Shown here in pieces: positions 36,737 to 49,930 of a DNA stretch of 64,000 bases. Each line of letters begins with the position of its first letter. Within the stretch, counting starts at the first letter, position 1. This DNA is from Octopus sinensis. Lineage: Eukaryota. Under the pieces are notes generated by a model. That model did not search any database. It was not told where the DNA came from and saw only the letters and a list, made by a program, of their open reading frames with translations. The position numbers were made by a program, and so were the translations under genes. Location: contig NC_043004.1 of the NCBI RefSeq assembly GCF_006345805.1, forward strand, positions 11,346,001 through 11,410,000. The letters are read 5' to 3'.

Positions 36737-37520
36737 CATCGAGCTGGCAGAATCGTTGGCACGCCGGGCGAAATGCTGAGCGGTATTTCACCTGCCGTTA
36801 CGTTCTGAGTTCAAATTCCGCAGAGGTCGACTTTGCCTTTCAGCCTTTCGGTGTCGATAAAATTAGTACCAGTAAAACACTGGCGTCCATGCACCATTTA
36901 ATTGTCCATGAATTGGCTTTACGTTCTTTATGATTCTGCATTAATTTTCACCTTATGGGCGTAGGTATGGCTGTGTAGTTAAGTAGTTGGTTTAGCAACA
37001 ACGTTGTTTCGGGTTCAATCCCACTGCGAAGCATCTTGGGTAAGTGTCTTTTAATATCGTCTAGGCTGACTAATGCTTTGTTTTTTTTCAATTTGGTAGT
37101 CGGAAGCTGCGTGGGAACCCATCATTTATTTATGTGCATGTATGTGTACTCAGTCTCTTATTAGTTTGCTACAGGAATTATATTTGATTTTGTCCATAGG
37201 CACAGGAGTGGCTGTGTGTTAAGTAGCATGCTTACCAACCACATGGTTCTGGGTTAATTCCCACTGCGTGGCACCTGGGGCGAGTGTCTTCTACTATAGC
37301 CTCGGGCCGACCAAAGCTTGACATCACTTGACAACCGATGCTGGTGTATTTACGCCCCCGTAACTTAGCGGTTCGGCAAAAGAGATCGATAGAATAAGTA
37401 CTAGGCTTCCAATGAAGAAGTCCTGGAGTCGATTTGCTCGACTAAAGGCGGTGCTCAAGCATGACCACAGTCAAATGACTGAAACAAGTAGAAGAGTAAG
37501 AGAGAAAGGAGTAAAGAGTA
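36737..37520 (+). mobile_element. SINE-B monomer (~36737-36890), degenerate SINE-A head (~36955-37130) and SINE-A lacking the microsatellite (~37198-37520)
   Basis: Family motifs. In the last copy the head end (CCAAAGCTTG) is joined directly to the body (ACATCACTTGACAACC). Confidence 0.8.
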
Positions 37521-38230
37521 TATTATGTCATCGCATTTAGTGGTTCTCTATGTAACCAGTATAAAGGATTACATATACAATATACTCTCGTTCGACCCAC
37601 CACAAAATAGAGTGGGTCGCAAAAATACTGCTCCACACAAGTCTTACTATCAAGTAACAGCCATATCATTGTCGACTTTAAACTCCTGTAAAATTAGAAA
37701 CAGTTACAATTTCTTATATAATAGCAGGTAACATGAACAATGTGAAGAGACCAAACCTATACCGTAGGAGCATAGTGTCACACATATTTGTTCCCCTTGT
37801 TAACAGCATAACATTGACATGGAGTGACGATAACAGACTCTGCAACATAGATATGTTTATACAGGAGATCTTAAACTGGTTGTAAATGCAAGTTAGTATC
37901 TGCCCTCAGTGTCGACTGACATCATTGCATCGTTTAAGGTACATACACAACATGAACGAGCAGACCTCTTCTCTGGACATGCAGATGGTATTGATGGCTT
38001 GTTTTGGCCGGTCATATGCCACATGATCACAGCAGATGAGGAAGCATCTCGTAGAGACGGGGACTGACTGGGACACTGCCCCGGCTAGCCTCCCTTGACG
38101 ACCCTAGCAATACTTCAGATACGGCCATATGCGCGTGAGTTGCTGTTATCGGAAGATGAAACAAGTGAGATGGAACACAATTGAGTACTTTTCTAATTTA
38201 ATTGGCTGAAAGCGACAAATGTGAGTGTAT

Positions 38231-38332
<102 letters not shown>

Positions 38333-38516
38333 GGAAGAAGAAGAGTACTGAATATATATTTCAAAGTGTATTTGTCCACAGATGACACCAGACTCAGTCG
38401 GTACAGGGAAATGCTTGCTATACGGTAAATTTCGGACTACTGGAATATCATTGGAGCTCTAGATTCTGTGTAACGACTGTGTGGATCATGAATTTTGAGA
38501 GAATATATATCATTCA

Positions 38517-38584
<68 letters not shown>

Positions 38585-38767
38585 GTTTCCATTCTTTCTT
38601 CCCATGTATATATACGTGAGTGTGTGTAGGAGTAATGCATACATATATGTACACTCCCCCACTCACACACACACACATATATATATACATAATTATATAC
38701 ATTCATGTATATGTATGATATATTTAATATATATATTTTTCTCTAGCTCTCTCTTCCTCTTTCTCTG

Positions 38768-38822
<55 letters not shown>

Positions 38823-40014
38823 CAATATATCAATTCATATATATATATATACAGAGGGAGAAAGAGAGTTTTATGTGTATTTCTATATAAATTTACGCTT
38901 TAAAATGGAAGGTAAATATTTTGCATATATTTATGTGTGCATGTATGTATGTACACCTCTATGGCTGTATAAAATTGTATGTTCACGCAACTACGTATGT
39001 TTCAATGCACGTTTGTTTGCGTGCGCGCACGCATTTATGTATGTGTGTATGTATGTACATATTTATATTTCTATATATATATATATACTTGCCTATACCT
39101 ATGTGTTTATGTATAAATTACTGTGATAATTTGTATATTTCCTGGCTAAGCTGAAGTATAAACGATGCCATTATGTTTATCAAAGCAACAATTACGCGAT
39201 TGAAAACATTTTAAAAATATATTTCAAACTATTCTCAACAAATCGATGTAAATGAGGATATATATATGTATACATTTTATATCCATTAGATGATTTTAAG
39301 ACACATAAGCTTTGCAAAATGCAATATATCACTTTAAATTCGATTGATATCGTATGTTTTATGAATATTAAAGTTTTAAATATCTTTAATATCTCTTTTA
39401 TTTATCCTGATTTTCAAGAGAGAATTTATATAACGATTTTATTTCTTACATTTGAACTCTATCTCCCTCTTTGATGTTAAGGTGAAAGTCGGAGATGTTT
39501 GAACCGAAAACGTTTATATTTGGTTGGTAGTAAAATGAAAATGGAATGTAAATGGAAAATGATGCATTTGAGTGGAACGCAACTCAACCTGCTAGCCCTG
39601 CATGAATATATAATATATAATATTATCAAAAATAAAGAGAGTTTGGAAGCCTAAGATCTTCTTAACTGTTCGTCTCAAACGCATCGATTTCGTTTTAAGT
39701 ATAAAATCTTACTCAACGCAATTTGCAAACAAGAGGTCTGCTGAGTTGTATAACGAAAATGTGCCCGTAAAACATGAGAGAAAAGTTATTCATTTTATAT
39801 TAGTGTAAGGAGGAAAGGGCATATCTATTTTCCTTTAGAGCACATTCAAGGTGGTGTGGCTGAGTGAGAAAGTGGTTCTCAAGCCGGAGACAGACTTGAC
39901 CTTAATGTTTGCAGCAGAGTAGACACGGCGAAACGCACTCAACATGCAAGGGTGATGGTGTTAAACTGGGTGACGGATTAAGTCTAAAACGAATTAGGCC
40001 AACCCAAAGAAACG

Positions 40015-40395
40015 CAGACGTGCTGTGTGGTAAGAAGTTTGCATACCAACCACATGGTTCCGGGTTCAGTCCCTCTGCGTGGAACCTTGGGCATATGTCT
40101 TCTACTGTAGCCTCAGGCCAACAAAAACCCCGTGAAAGGATTCGATAGACGCGAGTGGATTTGGTAGACATATACATATGTGTGTGTGTTGTGTCTATGT
40201 TTGTCCCGCCACTACCGCTTGACAACCGATGTTCGTGTGTTTATGTCCTTGCACCCTTGCGGTTCGACAAAAGAGACCGATATAATAAGTACTAGGCTTT
40301 AAAGAAAGTATTGGGATCGATCTATTCGACTAAAATACGTTGAGGGTGCTCTCCAGCATGGCTCCTGTCTAATGTTTGAAAGAAGTAAAGAATAA
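40015..40395 (+). mobile_element. SINE family A, diverged full-length copy
   Basis: Head, short microsatellite, body, and tail CTCCAGCATGGCTCCTGTCTAATGTTTGAAAG. Confidence 0.8.
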
Positions 40396-41029
40396 AAGAT
40401 AAAAATTTAAGCGAGAAATACCACAAGGAATCAGAATCCACATTCTTGCAACTCAATTCCACCAATCCACCATCTTGGATTCGAAGTAATTCGACGATTG
40501 CGAAACGGGAAAAAGCAAAATTTATATCGGCGTGATTATAACGCAGAGAATATATCGGTAGCTACAAGACCACAATAAATTCATTCCTGTAAGTCAAAGT
40601 AATTTGAAATCAGTCTTCAGGTAATGCCTACAGACAGCGCAACTAGTCGCAATTGCTGGCTGTGTATTCAGTGTATTTTCGTTCGGCGCAATTTATTAAA
40701 ACATGCTAATGAAGACTGCTTTATGGAAACTACATAATTTCCTTGCAAAAATCTAGATGACCATCCTTGGTGTTATAGATTCTTATCTCATTATTTAATT
40801 ACCAACTTCTAGAAAATTTGAAACTTGTATTGATGAGTAGCGATGCCAAAAGTTTAAAAATTAACGATTTATGTTAAATTATGGTTATTATTTTTAACCT
40901 ATTTTAAGAAAAATAACTGCATATTTGCTAATGTAATGAAAATTTATGAACCTTTGTGACTCATTTATTCTAATGTGTTACAACAACGAGGACGGTTATT
41001 GAAAGTAACGACTTGACACGGATAAGCCT

Positions 41030-41578
41030 TTCTATTATAGGCACAAGACATGAAGTTTTGGCAGGAGGAGACTAATCGATTACATTGACATCACTGGTAC
41101 TTAATTCATCAACCCCGAAATTTGAAATCAGAACGTAACGGAAGACGAAATAGCTATTTCTATTTCTTTACTACCCACACGGCGTTAAACACAGAAAGGA
41201 CAAACAAGGACAGACAAACGGATTAAGTCGATTACATCGACCCCAGTGCGTAACTAGTATTTATTTAATCGACCGGAAAAGGGTGAAAGTCAAAGTCGAC
41301 CTTAGCGGAATTTGAACTCAGAACGTAGCGGCAGACGAAATCCCTATTTCTTTACTACCCACAATGGGTTAAGCACAGAGAGGACAAACAGGGACAGACA
41401 AACGGATTAAGTCAATTACATCGACCGCAGTGCGTAACTGGTACTTATTTAATCGACCCCGAAAGGATGAAAGGCAAAGTCGACCTCGACGGAATTTGTG
41501 CTCAGAACGTAGCGGCAGACGAAATACCGCTAAGCACTTCGGCCGGCGTGCTAACGTTTCTGCCAGCTCGTCGCCTTC
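41030..41578 (-). mobile_element. SINE family B, three-unit copy (last unit deleted, with the alternative tail)
   Basis: Junction motif at 41334 and 41518 (184 bp apart) and a third at ~41145. Confidence 0.85.
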
Positions 41579-41864
41579 GTAACACACTAATTCAACACAG
41601 CTGTGCTTCAAGTGCAGGCCTGACAGCTCGCATTATCCATTTGTATAGTCTTCTTGCTATATTTCAGTCTAGGTTCATTTGCAATGCGTGTATTGTGTTG
41701 TCTTTATTGTGGAAATATTCTGGTTGCAATAGTGGAATCATATTTAACAAAGGTGCGTACAGCAACCAGACATAATTTATTTGTCTTATATTAATTATGA
41801 GCCGACTTCAGAATATTAAACAATGCATAACGACATTATAAGCAATATATTCCTAAGCAGACAC

Positions 41865-42290
41865 ACATCCATCCACATACTCACACACACACGCACACAC
41901 ATATACGCACACACTCACGCACACGAACACTCACACACTCACGCAATTACTCTCACTCACTCACACACATACACACACACATCCACACTCAAACACTCAC
42001 ACACAGACTCTCAGACACACACTCACACATTTACATACACTCACACACACACACACACTCATACACACTCACACACATACACACATTCACACACATACAC
42101 ACACAGCCACACACACACCCTCACACACATAGTCCCCCCCCACACACACATGAACACCTATACACACACGAACACACATACACTCACATTCACAAACATA
42201 CATACAGTCACGCACACACACACGCATACATACACACATACACACACACATAGACAATCGCCTACGCACACATACATATATACATGCACA
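41865..42290 (+). repeat. Degenerate (CA)n array
   Basis: Direct reading. Confidence 0.9.
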
Positions 42291-42844
42291 TGGACACTCG
42301 CTTTCTTTAATAGCTTCCGAGACTGAAGGGCTGGAATGAGGAAGACTTTATCCCGAGATCGAAGGCTGATGCAGAATTCTCTTCACTAACGTCACCCAAA
42401 GGCCAGACAATAGTGTTAAACATGACTTCTACTTAACGTCACATTTTGAAGGTTTTAGCAATTTAAAAGTAAGAAAAAAAAAGAATCACACAAACATCAT
42501 TTGAAAATATGACTGAAAATGTCTAGCGTGTTACATTTCATTGTAATGTTTTAAGTTTAAGGTCAAAAATGAATCATCTTCGTAATTTCTGATCATAGGA
42601 AGGACTGCTCTGGGGTAAACATATAAAACAAAACAAAAATAACCAACTTTACTATTGTTAAATAACTTGTCTCAATTCAGTAGGAATAATATTAATGGAA
42701 TTTTCCTATCAAAACGTAATTCAAGTATAAACAGAATTTCGGTAAAGTATTAAGAAATAGAACACGTGTGGGATTGAAATCTCTATCACTGCATATACCA
42801 ACTGTTTAAGTATCTCCGTTTATAACGCGTCAAATAACGATACC

Positions 42845-43078
42845 TATTTCTTTACTACCCACAAGGGGCTACAAACAGAGAAGACAAACCAGGGCAGACA
42901 AGCGGATTAAGTTGATTATATCGACCCCAGTGCGTACCTGGTACTTATTTAATCGACCCCGAGAGGATGAAAAGCAAAGTCGACCTCGGCGGAATTTGAA
43001 CTCAGAACGTAGTGGCAGACGGAATACCGCTAAGCGCTTCGCTCGGCGTGCTAATGTTTCTGCCAGCTCGCCGCCTTA
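42845..43078 (-). mobile_element. SINE family B, monomer with TSD
   Basis: One head and one unit. TSD AATAACGATACC at 42833-42844 and 43085-43096. Confidence 0.9.
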
Positions 43079-43179
43079 GCGTCTAATAACGATACCGAGA
43101 GAAGAAATGTTCGCATCATGTTGCCCTTGTCATTTAACTGCTCTCCCTTTTCTATTGTATAATCACAAAGTAGTGAACG

Positions 43180-43349
43180 TATGCATGGCTGTGTGGTAAG
43201 TAGCTTGCTTACCAACCACATACTTCTGGGTTCAGTCCCACTGCGTGGCAGCTTGGGCAAGTGTCTTCTACAATAGCCTCGGGCCGACGAAAGCCTTGTG
43301 AGTGGATTTGGTAGGGGGGAACTGAAAGAAGCCCGTCGTATATAGGTAG

Positions 43350-43430
<81 letters not shown>

Positions 43431-43672
43431 CGTGCGTGTGTATGTATATATGCATGTGTGTGCGTGTGTTTGTGTGTCTGTGTTTGCCCCCCCACCCCCA
43501 ACATCGCTTGACAACCGATGCTGGTGTGTTTACGTCCCCGTAGCCTAGCGGTTCGGCAAAAGAGACCGATAGAATAAGTACTTGGCTTAATAAGTCCTGG
43601 AGTCGATTTGCTCGACTAAAGGTGGTACTCCAGCATGGCCACAGTCAAATGACTGAAACAAGTAAAAGAGTA
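43180..43672 (+). mobile_element. SINE family A, full length
   Basis: Head, (TA)(TG) array, body, and tail GGTGGTACTCCAGCATGGCCACAGTCAAATGACTGAAACA (43621-43660). Confidence 0.9.
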
Positions 43673-44554
43673 TATGTATGTAACCGTCTAGCTATTTATT
43701 TATTTATCTATCTAGTTTATATGTATATATGTGAGTGTGTGTGTGTGTGTATATGATATATATATATATATATATATATATACGACGACGACGATATATA
43801 TATATATATATATATACCAGACTGAGGGACGTCCAAAGCAGACCCAGTAGAGAAATCATGAGTTGCGATATGCCCACCATGTCACGTAACGCTCTAAGAA
43901 ACAGACCACCTCCTGTTGCACTGTTTAATTCCTCGGATCCCAGAGAGTTATAGATCAATGCATAAAGCTGTTGAGGAATTTGAATCTTAAATGTAAATTT
44001 GCAGATGTGAGAGACAACATAGAAAACCAGAACAGCAAAAATAATAATCGCTATCTTATGTGTCTCTATGCTAGATACAAACAGGGTTTGCTCTCTCTCT
44101 CTCCCTCTCTGTGTTGGGGTGAAGTAGCCTGTGTGTTACATGTGTTTCACAACATTGAGAGTTAAACCAGATGAGTTGACACTCCTGCTGGGTCTCTTAT
44201 GTTGGACAGTTCAAAAGGTAGATGCCAGAATAATATGGACCTTCATTTTTCAGAGGTAAAATCGGGTCTGCGAGGAGGTAAAAAACCCAATTACTGAAGC
44301 ACCGATGACAATTCAAAAGCAACAAAACTCGGGGCAGGAATACCTTCCCTCAGGGAAACATTATGTAATATCAAGGTGATGTATGAGAGAAAAAAAGCAA
44401 CGATCCAATTAGAGATGAGTAGAAAAGAGAGTTCAGTGTCAAGAAGAGTGGAGTAAGGTAGCCAAAGGTGAATATAAGAATATGCTGAATACACAAAATT
44501 CCTGAAACGGTTTCTGATTTGAGTCTGGTTCAATGTGTGTACTGGTACTCTGCC

Positions 44555-44850
44555 TATTACGACGACGTAGGTTCAAGCCTAACCGATCAATGGAACAGCC
44601 TACTCGAGAAATTAACAGGCAAGTGACTGAGCATTCCAAAGACACGTTTAGTTCTCGGGGAGATTCATCGTGACAGAAAATGTGACAAAGGATGATCGTT
44701 GGAAATGTACAGCTCATTGCTGCCAGCTGAGTGAACTGGAGCAACGTGAGAGGAAGTATCTTGCACAAGAACGCAACGTGTCACCGGATATCGAACGCAT
44801 GATTTTACAATCGTGAGCTTAATACCCTAACCACTAAGCCATACACCTTC
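44555..44850 (-). mobile_element. tRNA-derived SINE, head D + tail 2
   Basis: Head like 27592-27835 (GGCTTAGTGGTTAGGGT...CTCCAGTTCACTCAGCTGG). Tail like 86-440 (GAATCTCCCCGAGAAC...GGCTGTTCCATTGATCGG). Confidence 0.8.
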
Positions 44851-44913
44851 ACTCGACAATAAATATCAAAACGGCAGTAATGCTTGGAGCCTGATGTGGT
44901 ATCACTTGAATTA

Positions 44914-45115
44914 CAGTAGTACCTCGGTTTTCGAACAACTCTGATCGCGAATAAATCGTGTTTTATATTATATATATATATATATAGCACGTTTTATTCG
45001 TGATCAGAGGCATTCGTAAACCGAGATATTGCAGTATTAAATGAATATGAGAAAGACAGGAGATAAAGCATGATTCATTTGTGATCAGAGTTGTTCGTAA
45101 ACCGAGTTTCTACTG
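44914..45115. mobile_element. MITE with pogo/Tigger-like CAGT... terminal inverted repeats
   Basis: Left arm CAGTAGTACCTCGGTTTTCGAACAACTCTGATC preceded by TA. Right arm GATCAGAGTTGTTCGTAAACCGAGTTTCTACTG. An extra inverted arm lies at ~44988-45036. Confidence 0.7.
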
Positions 45116-45466
45116 GATATACTTTCATCCATTTAATTATTTACTGCTTTGAAGTCTGGGGGATAAGATTGCAACTGTTAAATTTTTTTTGATTCGGGTA
45201 CAAAACAATAATGAGCTGGTTGTTATTGTAATTTAGACCCAATTGAAACTTGACAGAACAAACCTATCATCTAAGCATTCGAATTATTATCAACCGTTTA
45301 TTTGATTTATCTAGAACTACATTATTCTTTGTCTCTTGGCTTGTGTAAGATTACTGTCAAGTTATTAAGGGAAATTTGGTCGCTCATTCTGTGTGATCGA
45401 ATAAATACATAATACACGCGATCTCGCCCTCTCCCTATTTCTATCTCTCGTTCTCTCTCTCTTTCC

Positions 45467-45513
<47 letters not shown>

Positions 45514-45586
45514 GTTTTCTTTGTATTTTGGTAGCAATCTGGAAACGAAACAAATAAGAATATGATTTGAATTCGGATAAATGGAA

Positions 45587-45588
<2 letters not shown>

Positions 45589-45670
<82 letters not shown>

Positions 45671-45697
45671 TTATCTATCTATCAGTCTATCTGTCTG

Positions 45698-45742
<45 letters not shown>

Positions 45743-45797
45743 ATCTATCTATCTATATATATATATATATCTATCTACCTATCAGTCTATCTGTCTG

Positions 45798-45842
<45 letters not shown>

Positions 45843-45912
45843 TTATCTATCTGTCTATCTATCTATATATAATATATATATATATCTATCTACCTATCAG
45901 TCTATCTGTCTG

Positions 45913-45944
<32 letters not shown>

Positions 45945-45955
45945 CTATCTATCTA

Positions 45956-45988
<33 letters not shown>

Positions 45989-46160
45989 TTATCTATTTAT
46001 CTATCTGTCTATCTGTCTGTGTGTCTGTCTGTTTCTGTTTCTATCTGTCTGTCTTTGTCTCTCTGTCGCTTTCTCTCTCTATATGTATATATGTATAAAT
46101 ATATGTATATATATGTATATATATGTATATATGTATATATATATGTATATGTATGAATAT
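45589..46160 (+). repeat. (CTAT)n/(TA)n compound microsatellite
   Basis: Direct reading. Confidence 0.95.
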
Positions 46161-46434
46161 ATATACACTCGTACGTAACATATATGTGTCTCAGTGTCTC
46201 TGTGTATGTATATATAAGTACATACACACACATATGCGTGCGCACACATACACAGTACACACCCATACGCACACACGTACTTGCATACATGTGGGAAGGG
46301 GGCTGGGATATAAATTCCATAATATGTCTTTTATGCAATTCCATGTGTCAATGCGATCACTATGGTGTTTGGCGGAAAGCTTCCTCCTCTTTCCTCTTTC
46401 ATTCTCTCTATATGTACATTGTGTGTGTGTGTGT

Positions 46435-46467
<33 letters not shown>

Positions 46468-46779
46468 ACTTTAACGAATGAATGAACATATTTGAATAGC
46501 ATTGTCAATACACAGATAGACTTAAGTATAAACGGCCAAACACCATCTGTAATTACAACAACATTTTTCTGTCGCACTGTAAAGAGAAGATCCATTACAA
46601 AAAAACACTTGGCTTCTAACTAAAGAATTCTTTATTCAACGTACATTTGTTTCTCATTGCATTCCAACTGTGAAAGAACACGAATTACCAAAGTGTTCTA
46701 GACTTACGTCAGGATATTAGAGAAGTCCTGTCGTGTTTCACTCTATAGTGTATCTGTATTCCTAACAGTAATGCTGAAC

Positions 46780-47040
46780 ACTGTAGGAATTGTCTCAGAT
46801 CCAGCTGCGAGCCTTTTGTTAGCTCCCCATACTGAGATTCTTCAAAGACTCTTTCTTTTAGTATATAGGAACACAGAAAGCCGAAGCTGACGGGTTGGAT
46901 AGTATCAAACCAAAAGGACGACCAATATTAAGTAAATTTAAGTAAGCCATCGCTGCGTGATCTCTGAGGAACATTAAAGTTGATGCTGGCAGATTCATTT
47001 AAGCTTTTCGAACAACCACAGATATGCGTTGATATCACTA
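46780..47040 (-). pseudogene. Possible Mutator/MULE transposase relic
   Basis: Manual translation across frames gives DINAYLWLFEKLK and MFLRDHAAMAY, loosely like MULE core segments. Short and interrupted. Confidence 0.25.
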
Positions 47041-47220
47041 TAATTTTCTTTTATTTTTTACATAATTTTTAATGGAAAAATATAGAAGCCTTTGTTGTTC
47101 AAAAAGCAACGATGTCAAAGAGTAAAGAGTTATTCCTGACCGAAACAGTAACCATCTGAAAAATCTACTAGATACCAGATAAGATGTATCTGTGCGTGTT
47201 CATGAGTGTGCATATCTACC

Positions 47221-47269
<49 letters not shown>

Positions 47270-47322
47270 GGTATATATACTCACAGACAGAAGGATATGC
47301 ATATATACATTTATTTTTACAG

Positions 47323-47363
<41 letters not shown>

Positions 47364-47574
47364 CAAGTATGAATGAATGTCACACATAAATATGTATATA
47401 TATATATATATATAGTAGAAATATTAAACTATAAAAGGACCAAAAATACTGGAGATTCAGTATACGCCGCGAGGAAAAATTATGAGTTGAAAATATGTGG
47501 AAAACTTAAATAAAAACTGGAAGACAAATGCCATCGTTTCACAAAAAGTTTAATACCTTTTTATAAAGAAATTT

Positions 47575-47605
<31 letters not shown>

Positions 47606-47658
47606 CACACACACACACACACACAGAGACACACACAGACACACACACACACACACAC

Positions 47659-47691
<33 letters not shown>

Positions 47692-47896
47692 TATGGATAT
47701 CGTTATATCCAACACTATTTAAATTAGCTTTTTAAGGGATAATTGTGAAATATTCAATTCTTGTGGCAAAGGGGTCTCTCCATTTTAGATGCTTGAAAAC
47801 TAGGAATAATTCTAGAGAGTGGACAAAGAGAGGCAACATGTGGCAAGGAGGGCAACTAACACCACAGTATAATTGTTGAAAGAGGAATATGTAATG

Positions 47897-49790
47897 TTAG
47901 ACAAGTTTGTATATTGAAGTGTGGTGTGGTCTGTTCTTTTGTATGAACAGGTTTTCCTTGTTTAGGCGATCTAGTAAGGAGATTGAATCTTTGCATTCGT
48001 ATAATGGAAAGATATGGAAATTCGGCGTTTTATTTCTTGTGCATCTGTCGATATGTTCGTTGAGGGTTATCTGCCTGTATTGAAGAGAACTAATCTGTTC
48101 TTTATGCAATGTGACTCTGCGTTTCAAAGTAAGGCGCCTTTAGCCCACATAATTGTGGCCACAACCTGAGCAGGTTAGGACATAGATAAGGTTCTGGGAA
48201 GTACATGTGAAGTTGGTCTTAATTGAGAATTTTTCTCCTTGGTGAAATTTGAATTCCGAGCCTTCATTTAGGCATGGGCATGTACCATAATTAGGTCGTC
48301 TGCATTTTTTAACTGTTGGTATCGTATGTATTGAATATAGTTTTGCAGTTGTTAGGAATCTCTTTAGCGATTTGTGTTGCTTTTTTCATTTGAGGACTTT
48401 ATGTGCATTTAGGATGTTGTAAATTTTCGGGTCTTGAGTGACCAGAGGGAGATTTTGTATAATTGTGTTGTATGTTTCCTTGTTTCTGGAGTTGTGGGTT
48501 GATATGTATGGAAGTGATTTAAACCAAGGTGTGGTGTTTTGTTTTGTTTTCCTTAGTGTCTTTGTGTCCAATTTCTTGGCACGTGTAATTGCATGGTCTA
48601 TAAGTGCGGGTGGGTATTGACGTTCTATGAGAGTTATTTTGAGGTCTTGTAGGTGAAGTTCCCGAGTGGTTTTGTCAGATAAAATTGTACAGATCCTTTT
48701 TGCTGAATTGAATGAGATATGTATTCTGGTGTGTTTAGGATGGCATGAGCTGAAAATGAGATACGGATTTGAGTCTGTTGGTTTGTAGTAGATGTCAGAT
48801 GCAATTTGCATGTTAGATTTTTTAATAATCAAAATGTCCAGAAATGGGAGCTGTTCCTTGCTATATTCCATTGTAAATTGAATTTTGGAGTTTATATTGT
48901 TCAGTGTGGATTTGAAATCCAGAAGTTTATCCAGATGATAAAACAATCGTTTAGATACCTCTTCCAGTTTTATCTTATAAACTGGTAGAATGGAGATCCT
49001 AATGTTTGGGGCGAAAGTTCATATAGGATAGATTCAAAGAAACCCATTATTAGGTTCGCAAGGACAAGCACTGGTTTTGTTCCAATCGCAATACCGCATT
49101 TTTGGCGGTAGTAGGTTGCATCGAATAGGAAATAATTGTTTTCTAGGACGAACTTCAGGGATTCAATGACAAAAGTCTGAGTTGGTCCGGAATAAGTTCG
49201 GTGTATTTTTCTAACCAGAATTTTATTGCCTCTATTCCGTAGCCATGTGGAATGTTAGTGTAAAGGTGGAGAACATCGAAGGAGACTAATATTGCGTCTT
49301 AGTTGTGGTATTTGGTAGATGCTCTGGCATGTCCAGGTCATCTCTAATGAAACTTTTAATGTATCTGAGGAAAGGTTTCAATAGTATATCCAGAACGTTG
49401 CTTAGGCGGTGTATTTCACCGGCTGGGCTCGCTATAATCGGCCTTCATTTCAAGTCTTCTGGTGTTGGGATATTTATGTATAGACCTGGATTTGATTTGC
49501 AGGCATTAGTAATTATTTGACTCTTGAAGATTTGGTGGGAGGCCATAGAAAAGTCTTGGTTTGCATTTAAAGTTTGAGTTATTTTCTTTTTCTGGCCTTT
49601 TCCATGTTTGAGTATTAAAGCTGCAAGATCTTTTAATGTTTTTTTGCTGTCTATAATTTGCAACTATTTCATAGTGTGGACAATGCTAGGTTTTTATAGT
49701 ATCCTGTGTCCATCAGGACTGAAGCACTACATTTGTCTGCTTCTTTGATTGTCAGGTCTTTGTCGGTTTTAGTTGTAGTAAGTGCTTCCA
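47897..49790 (-). mobile_element. Penelope-like element (RT + GIY-YIG endonuclease), decayed
   Basis: Minus-strand translation across frameshifts: IKEADKCSASVLMDTGYY (ADKG-type motif), RPIIASP, LYTNIPH, YRQKCGIAIG, RYLNDCF, IQFTMEYSKEQLPFLD, IYYKPTDSNPYL, and NLIYVLTCSGCGHNYVG...LKRRVTLH (GIY-YIG). The 5' end is truncated at a (TA)n array. Confidence 0.9.
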
Positions 49791-49802
49791 TATATATAAT
49801 TT

Positions 49803-49930
<128 letters not shown>

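Noticed and set aside
37800-38160. GC-richer island with a (W)LGHC-like fragment suggesting an RTE-type 3' end
   Set aside because: One weak motif only, with no supporting RT or tail features.
42833-42850. Monomer apparently extending into a partial next unit (GGTAT), suggesting rolling-circle run-off
   Set aside because: Those bases belong to the TSD AATAACGATACC, so they are not evidence of run-off.
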